Positions 1-5,023 of a stretch of DNA of 18,587 bases are shown here, piece by piece. The position numbers and the translations under genes were made by a program. Source of the DNA: an uncultured archaeon (GTDB taxonomy: Archaea; Asgardarchaeota; Thorarchaeia; Thorarchaeales; Thorarchaeaceae); assembly GCA_964458565.1 (NCBI GenBank), contig CAYWJO010000059.1, positions 1-18,587 of the forward strand, read 5' to 3'. Position 1 is the stretch's first letter, and the number at the start of each line of letters is the position of its first letter. The notes beneath the pieces are model-generated. The model searched no databases and was not told where the DNA came from. It worked only from the letters and a program-made list of their open reading frames with translations.

Positions 1-99
1 CAGGTGGTGGGTTGGTCAGTGACTATTGGTTCAATAGCTGTAATCGTTATATTCTCAGTTTTAATTTCCAAGAAATTTCTTGTGAAACGAGGTGAGTAG
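1..99 (+). CDS. 3' end (partial) of a membrane-anchored exported protein, probably a paralogue of the ABC substrate-binding protein at 2984..4951
   Basis: Not in the ORF track. Frame 1 reads QVVGWSVTIGSIAVIVIFSVLISKKFLVKRGE* (TAG 97-99): a hydrophobic helix plus basic tail. It is closely similar to the C-terminal anchor IGWSITAGSLVVIVVFSILILKERKSI of 2984..4951. Confidence 0.8.
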   Translation, partial: QVVGWSVTIGSIAVIVIFSVLISKKFLVKRGE

Positions 100-184
100 T
101 TTTAGAAGAACCCAACCATACTGTGCACTGATTTACATTGCGTTGAATAATTTCCTAATATAGAAGTTTGTTCCCATCACATAC

Positions 185-250
185 ACCGAGTAAGAACGCC
201 GAGTCGGACTCGGTAGAGCTGATTGAAGGTCTTCTGACTGATATCAGCTC
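185..250. other. Tandem stem-loops between convergent genes (possible bidirectional terminator or structured RNA)
   Basis: CCGAGT(199-204)/ACTCGG(208-213) inverted repeat, with an alternative partner ACCGAGT(185-191) for ACTCGGT(208-214). Second inverted repeat GAGCTGAT(216-223)/ATCAGCTC(243-250). Confidence 0.5.
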
Positions 251-269
251 GCTTCTTCATTAGGTTGTC

Positions 270-488
270 TTATTCTCTATACTTAATTGCTATAAGCAGA
301 CCTAGTAAAAGAAGTATAGCCCCAATGTAGAGGTGCTCCAGATGCCATCCAAATATGATTATTGGAGTAAAATCGGGCAACCAGTGGAACATATCAGTAC
401 CTGGAATGAAATCGTGCAAATCATCAACAAATATCAATAATCCGACTATGAAAATAATTACACCAATTATTGTACCTTTACTAACCAT
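270..488 (-). CDS. Small hypothetical membrane protein (2 TM helices; loop with DDLHD and GWHLEHLYIG)
   Basis: 72-aa ORF with ATG start, two clear hydrophobic segments, a charged C-terminus, and no overlap with other credible genes. Confidence 0.8.
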   Translation of the reverse strand: MVSKGTIIGVIIFIVGLLIFVDDLHDFIPGTDMFHWLPDFTPIIIFGWHLEHLYIGAILLLLGLLIAIKYRE

Positions 489-566
489 GCAAATTCACTT
501 CTCAATGAATGAATATTTTGTAGGCACTCTTTAGATATCAGTTCTTCTCTTCAAAAGATGAAGTTG

Positions 567-595
567 AAAAGCGGAGAGAAATCTCATCCGCTTTT
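567..595 (-). terminator. Hairpin + T-tract terminator candidate for 604..1125
   Basis: AAAAGCGGA(567-575)/TCCGCTTTT(587-595) inverted repeat with an inner GAG/CTC pair, 8 nt after the stop of the minus-strand gene. The stem is followed by TTTT on the minus strand. Confidence 0.65.
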
Positions 596-603
596 TAATC
601 TAA

Positions 604-1125
604 CTAGAAATCGCCCTCTTCGGATGTAGGTGGTCTTACTCCGACACATAGGGAGCTATACTCAATCAGCTTCCATTGACCATGCTTATTCTTAGCAAGT
701 TGCACCGGTCTTGGAGAGTCTGCGCCACCACAGTGAATGAATATCTTTCTCTTATCGCCACCTAAATCTTGGTCGCTGGTGACTGTCATGGTTAGACTGC
801 TAGCAGTAATTTTGTAGTCTTTTCGATAATCCCCGCCAACATAGGATTTAGCTATGTTTGGATTCTTTTTGAACTGATCGATATAATAACCGCCGCGTTT
901 CGTTCTCATCTTTAGACCTGAAGGAGATTTACTATCTTCTTCACTATCATTTTTGGATACTACAACTGTCATCATAGCATCAGCAAGGTCTTCATTCTTC
1001 TCTATATTTAAAGCAGCAATAAGATAGTACATGATGGAGCTTTGAGGATCTCCAGCGTCTTTCTCCCATGCAGTCTTGAACTTTCTAAAATCAGAAATCA
1101 TTGATTTTATAATTTTCTTTCCCAT
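604..1125 (-). CDS. DUF6935-like protein of unknown function
   Basis: 173 aa. The motifs AKSYVGG...KIFIHCGGADSPRPVQL...GQWKLIEYSSL..GVRPP match my recollection of the DUF6935 family (xGADSPRP signature). GGTG SD-like motif upstream of the ATG. Confidence 0.75.
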   Translation of the reverse strand: MGKKIIKSMISDFRKFKTAWEKDAGDPQSSIMYYLIAALNIEKNEDLADAMMTVVVSKNDSEEDSKSPSGLKMRTKRGGYYIDQFKKNPNIAKSYVGGDYRKDYKITASSLTMTVTSDQDLGGDKRKIFIHCGGADSPRPVQLAKNKHGQWKLIEYSSLCVGVRPPTSEEGDF

Positions 1126-1216
1126 CTAAAAGCACCGAGTCTGTAATAGAGTATTTGTAGAAAAGTTTTCGCATAGTATTGAAGTCTAGGCGTCACATTT
1201 TCATCTAGTCCTACAT

Positions 1217-2221
1217 TTATTGCTCTCTCTGATGGAGTATTACTTCTTTATTTTCTGATTCGTCTAAAGACAGCATTTTCCTTCTTTTTTCAATCATCTT
1301 GATTTTCGTGTCAGTAAGTGATGTATCAAATGCGACAATAGGAAGAAGCACCCAGCTACATATCAGCCACGTAACCCTTATGCTACCAAGGGCAAAAGGA
1401 TATAGATACAATACTTCAGCGATAAACCCATAGCTTATGCAAAGTAATATTCCAGAGAACACTAGAATCATCTGTGGCATTTTTACCGATTTACCCAAAG
1501 CATTCAATGCAAATACAACTACACGTAAAGTTAATCCAATAATAATGAGCGTCAAACCAAATGTGAAGTTGAAAAGAAATGAATTTAGGTTTCCCCACCC
1601 ATTTTCCCAATGTACGGAGAAGTATTCCAACGAAACTAGACTCAAACTAACTGGTATGAGAACGAAAAGGGAAATAATTAGATCTATTGACTGTGTGGGA
1701 TATCCGCGCTTTCCCAAAATCCCGTTTCCATTTTCGATTTGACTCCTTTTTCTCTTGAAATAGAACCTTGTCCCAACCAAAGCAATTCCTAAAACCCAAA
1801 TCATCACCATAAAAGTAAAAAAGCTGAAGCTCATGACTGCTAGGTAAATGTTTCCACCTCCCACGCTAGCCGCAGCTGGTATCATAAATAGATGTCCTAA
1901 TGCTATTAGAAAGATCATCTTCCAAATTACTGATTCCTTTACATTCTCAAAGTAAGTATCAGTAATTGTGGATCTAACCTCATTCTGTTGTTTGTGAATC
2001 AGAGATTCAGTATACTCAGATGCAACATCCGCTGGAGCACCAAATGCAGCAATTGCTCGCTTAGCGCTGTCTTCAGTTATCTCACCATTACCAACGTCTA
2101 AGGCGGCTGCTTCCAAATACGACCTCAGTTCAATTCCTACATCTTCAGCTATTGAAGCAGGAAGTCTTGTTTGTACCAACTCAATATACTCATCAATTAA
2201 CATCATGCCCTTTTTATTCAA
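1217..2221 (-). CDS. HAAS (DUF1700/permease-prefix-like) N-terminal domain + multi-pass membrane protein, partner of PadR regulator
   Basis: The N-terminus IDEYIELVQTRLP...EDVGIELRSYLE...AIAAFGAPADVASEY is the typical HAAS pattern (Y..L...L...EL..HI/LE...AL..LG.P..IA..Y), followed by about 6 hydrophobic helices. The TTG start at 2221 is supported by AAGGAGGT 8 nt upstream (2237-2230). It overlaps the PadR stop by 8 nt. Confidence 0.85.
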   Translation of the reverse strand: MNKKGMMLIDEYIELVQTRLPASIAEDVGIELRSYLEAAALDVGNGEITEDSAKRAIAAFGAPADVASEYTESLIHKQQNEVRSTITDTYFENVKESVIWKMIFLIALGHLFMIPAAASVGGGNIYLAVMSFSFFTFMVMIWVLGIALVGTRFYFKRKRSQIENGNGILGKRGYPTQSIDLIISLFVLIPVSLSLVSLEYFSVHWENGWGNLNSFLFNFTFGLTLIIIGLTLRVVVFALNALGKSVKMPQMILVFSGILLCISYGFIAEVLYLYPFALGSIRVTWLICSWVLLPIVAFDTSLTDTKIKMIEKRRKMLSLDESENKEVILHQREQ

Positions 2222-2594
2222 GTAATTTTACCTCCTTCAATAAAGTTTCAAGTTGTTCATTTAGAACTAACCATGATGACACCATATCGCCCAGAATCTT
2301 CTTTCCACTTCTTGTTAAATAATAAAGACGACGACCCTTCTTTTCAGAAATCGGAGACCATTCAGCATCCAATAATCCAGCCTCTTCCAATCGTCTGAGA
2401 AGGGGATAGATTGTGCTTGGTTCAATCTGGAGCGCAGGGTAATCCTGACTAAGTCTTTTCATAATGTCGTACCCATATGATTCTCCCTCAAGGATGATTG
2501 CTAGAATTGATAATGCAATAGCACCTCTTCGTATCTCTCTTGACCACTTCTCGAATTCATCTTGAATGCGTGAGGAAGAACCCCTGTCGGACAC
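2214..2594 (-). CDS. PadR-family winged-HTH transcriptional regulator
   Basis: RRGAIALSILAII..GESYGYDI...IEPSTIYPLLRRLEEAGLL.AEW......RRLYYLTRSGK is the canonical PadR signature. GTG start. Confidence 0.95.
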   Translation of the reverse strand: MSDRGSSSRIQDEFEKWSREIRRGAIALSILAIILEGESYGYDIMKRLSQDYPALQIEPSTIYPLLRRLEEAGLLDAEWSPISEKKGRRLYYLTRSGKKILGDMVSSWLVLNEQLETLLKEVKLLE

Positions 2595-2620
2595 ATCTTT
2601 TCACTTGTATTAATTATTAT

Positions 2621-2657
2621 GTTATACGATATATCGTATAACGATATAAAATTTTTG
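2621..2657 (-). promoter_or_regulatory. Archaeal promoter (BRE + TATA) with overlapping palindromic operator upstream of the PadR gene
   Basis: The minus strand reads CAAAAAT-TTTATA (TATA at 2650-2645). Perfect 22-bp palindrome GTTATACGATATATCGTATAAC at 2621-2642. A second inverted repeat TATATCGT-ata-ACGATATA at 2630-2648 overlaps the TATA box. Confidence 0.75.
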
Positions 2658-2940
2658 TTATTATCGGAAAGGTGAGATGGGATAGATTATGTCAATTTCA
2701 GTTCTTCTAGGACAAAGATAGAAGAATGGTCCTCCACCTCTAGAAGTGTGGTTAGGTGGCTGCATTTCTGCGGCTTTATCAGTTGGTATGACCTCAATAA
2801 GACCATATTCCTACAATTCGAGCCCAAGACCTAAGCCAACTTGTGTTACTTCGTATGATTCCATATTTTCGTTGAAAAGAAATCAGTTTGCATATTTTCT
2901 ACAAATTTTGAAATTTACTTGATTAAATATCATTGTGCCT

Positions 2941-2983
2941 CAAGAACACAAGAATATATACAAGAATGCCACATAACTATTAG
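2941..2983 (+). promoter_or_regulatory. Putative TATA box for the substrate-binding protein gene (leaderless or near-leaderless transcript)
   Basis: AATATATA at 2953-2960, preceded by purine-rich CAAG, ending 23 nt before the ATG at 2984. This is typical archaeal spacing. Confidence 0.4.
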
Positions 2984-4951
2984 ATGGGTGGCGGTGTGAA
3001 AAGAAGTGTATCAGTATCCATTCTCATTCTGATTATGTTCTTTTCATATAGTCAATCTTTGGTGAATGCACAGTTCGTGTTACCCGGATTTTCAAAGTCA
3101 GGACCATATATTGACAAAATCATATACAATGTTATCGGGAGTGATGAAGAGCAAGTACTCGCCATCCAAAATAATGAGATAGATCTCATCGGGGATATGA
3201 TAAATCCAACTTATCTACCCATGTTTGAAGCATCCGAGTTTATAGAGATTTCTAATGTCTTGCGGAATGGTTATGGATATATCGCAATCAATTGTGCAAA
3301 GTATCCCTTCAATATTACAGAATTCCGTCGAGCACTAGCTTTTGCATTAGACAAACAAGCTATTTCAGATGATGTATGGGATGGGCTCTCCGTACCACTG
3401 GATTCTTGCATTCCAATGATTAACCCATTCTCATGTGAAGGTCATCTTGATTACAATTACTATGAAGCGAATGTTGAACATGGAAATCAATTGCTTGATG
3501 ACCTTGGTATGGTAATTGATCCAATATCTGGTTTCAGACTCACACCAAATGGTGATCCATTTGACGTGTTAATTGAATGTGCACTTTCATCCAACATTGC
3601 TATTGAAGTAGGTCAGAAAATTGCTGATGCTCTCACAGCACTGCATGTTGATGCAACATCAGAACCAACTGACTTCTATGAGTATTTTCCAGGGCTTCTA
3701 CCGTGGCATTGTGATTATGATATCGTCTTTTTCGGTGAGAGCTTCACCAACTTCGATGTTGACTGGCTTGCCTATGAGTACTGGTCAGAATACGTTGATG
3801 AGCCATACTATAACTTCCCCAACTGGCAGAATGCAACCTACGACAGCTGGAGGGACCAACTCCTTCACGCAACTGAGTATGAAGATGTCTATGAGGCAGC
3901 CTTCAAGATGCAGGAGATATTTGTTCATGCTTGTCCGATTATCGTGTGTTATGAGAATATACTTCTTTCAGCTTATAGAACTGATAGATTTGATGGCTTC
4001 ATTAACGATGTAAGTAAAGGTGTACCTGGATGGTGGACAAACTATAAGGTTCACCTCAAGCCAGGTCAGACTGGTGCTCCTTGGGGTGGTGAACTCCGCT
4101 GGAGTACTCCCCTCGACCTTGACACATTCAACTTCATGACAAGCAGCTCTGCGTACACCAATAATGTGCTACAGATGATGTACGATTCTTTGATTAGAAT
4201 CGATTCCGAAGGTCTTGATGTTCCTTGGTTGGCAGAATCATGGATTGCTGAAACTCATGACGATAATCCTTCTGTACCGGTGGGAAACACCAGATTCACA
4301 TTCGAATTGATTCAGAATGCTACATGGAGTGATGGTCAACCTATTACTGCTGAAGATGTCGCATTCACACTCAATTACTATCGAGATGCTCCTGGGAACC
4401 CATTTGGAGTAGAGTTGGGTGATATGATGTCAGCCTATACACCTTCTCAGTACACGATGATTGTACAATTCAATACCGAATCTTATTGGCACCTTCATAA
4501 TATTGCATACTTGAACATAATTCCAATGCACGTCTTCCTCGATCTTGGTCTGGAAAATTGGAATGTATGGGATCCACAGCCTCCAGGAATGAGCATGGTT
4601 ACATCTGGATCCTTCAATGTATCAGATTATTTACCAGGCGAATATTGTGAGTTGACGTATAATCAAGACTACTTCTTTGGGCTCTGTAGAAATGAAGGAG
4701 GATGGTCTCCATATACATCCCTCACAACATCCGTTACAAATCCGGGTTTGGGATACTGGAGTACGACCACAACAACAACTATCACAACAACGCATCCTGA
4801 TTACAATTCAAACACTTCTTCACCCTTGATATCAACAACTATACCTTCTGCATCATATCTAAGTACTATCGGTTGGTCAATAACTGCTGGGTCATTGGTC
4901 GTCATTGTTGTATTCAGTATCCTGATATTGAAGGAGCGGAAATCAATCTAA
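2984..4951 (+). CDS. ABC transporter substrate-binding protein, family 5 (oligopeptide/DppA/OppA-like), circularly permuted, with C-terminal Ser/Thr linker and TM anchor
   Basis: Signal peptide. Family-5 motifs PYIDKII...AIQNNEID, INCAKYPFNITEFRRALAFALDK, YDSL...PWLAESW, TWSDGQPITAEDVAFT and SGSF.V..YLPGEY..L..N.DYF. Thr-rich linker and C-terminal TM. The start could alternatively be GTG at 2996. Confidence 0.9.
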   Translation: MGGGVKRSVSVSILILIMFFSYSQSLVNAQFVLPGFSKSGPYIDKIIYNVIGSDEEQVLAIQNNEIDLIGDMINPTYLPMFEASEFIEISNVLRNGYGYIAINCAKYPFNITEFRRALAFALDKQAISDDVWDGLSVPLDSCIPMINPFSCEGHLDYNYYEANVEHGNQLLDDLGMVIDPISGFRLTPNGDPFDVLIECALSSNIAIEVGQKIADALTALHVDATSEPTDFYEYFPGLLPWHCDYDIVFFGESFTNFDVDWLAYEYWSEYVDEPYYNFPNWQNATYDSWRDQLLHATEYEDVYEAAFKMQEIFVHACPIIVCYENILLSAYRTDRFDGFINDVSKGVPGWWTNYKVHLKPGQTGAPWGGELRWSTPLDLDTFNFMTSSSAYTNNVLQMMYDSLIRIDSEGLDVPWLAESWIAETHDDNPSVPVGNTRFTFELIQNATWSDGQPITAEDVAFTLNYYRDAPGNPFGVELGDMMSAYTPSQYTMIVQFNTESYWHLHNIAYLNIIPMHVFLDLGLENWNVWDPQPPGMSMVTSGSFNVSDYLPGEYCELTYNQDYFFGLCRNEGGWSPYTSLTTSVTNPGLGYWSTTTTTTITTTHPDYNSNTSSPLISTTIPSASYLSTIGWSITAGSLVVIVVFSILILKERKSI

Positions 4952-4987
4952 GAAATCCCTTCAAAATACATAACGAAGAAGAAATGG

Positions 4988-5014
4988 AGCCCGTCACTAA
5001 ATATGTGACAGGCT
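4988..5014 (-). terminator. Hairpin terminator candidate between convergent genes
   Basis: The minus strand AGCCTGTCAC-atattta-GTGACGGGCT forms a 10-bp stem (one G-U), 9 nt past the stop of 5024..7867, followed by pyrimidine-rich CCATTTCTTCTTC. Confidence 0.6.
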
Positions 5015-5023
5015 AGAATGTAA

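Noticed and set aside
216-250. Possible SECIS element
   Set aside because: It lacks the ~10-bp upper helix and apical A-loop geometry, and no in-frame UGA selenoprotein is visible in the adjacent genes (only the tail of the left gene is visible).
1133-1140. 8-mer CACCGAGT repeated at 184-191 and 1133-1140
   Set aside because: Too short to exceed chance. At 1133 it is explained by the GGTG SD-like motif of the DUF6935-like gene.
1437-1742. 101-aa + strand ORF
   Set aside because: Antisense shadow inside the HAAS membrane gene, with no recognisable motifs.
3621-4013. 130-aa alternate-frame ORF inside the SBP gene
   Set aside because: Met/Thr/Ser-rich composition typical of an off-frame read of a real gene. 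The local G/C-ending codon patch suppresses stops.
4763-4792. ACA/ACN-rich low-complexity run
   Set aside because: Simply encodes the poly-Thr linker of the SBP and is not an independent repeat element.
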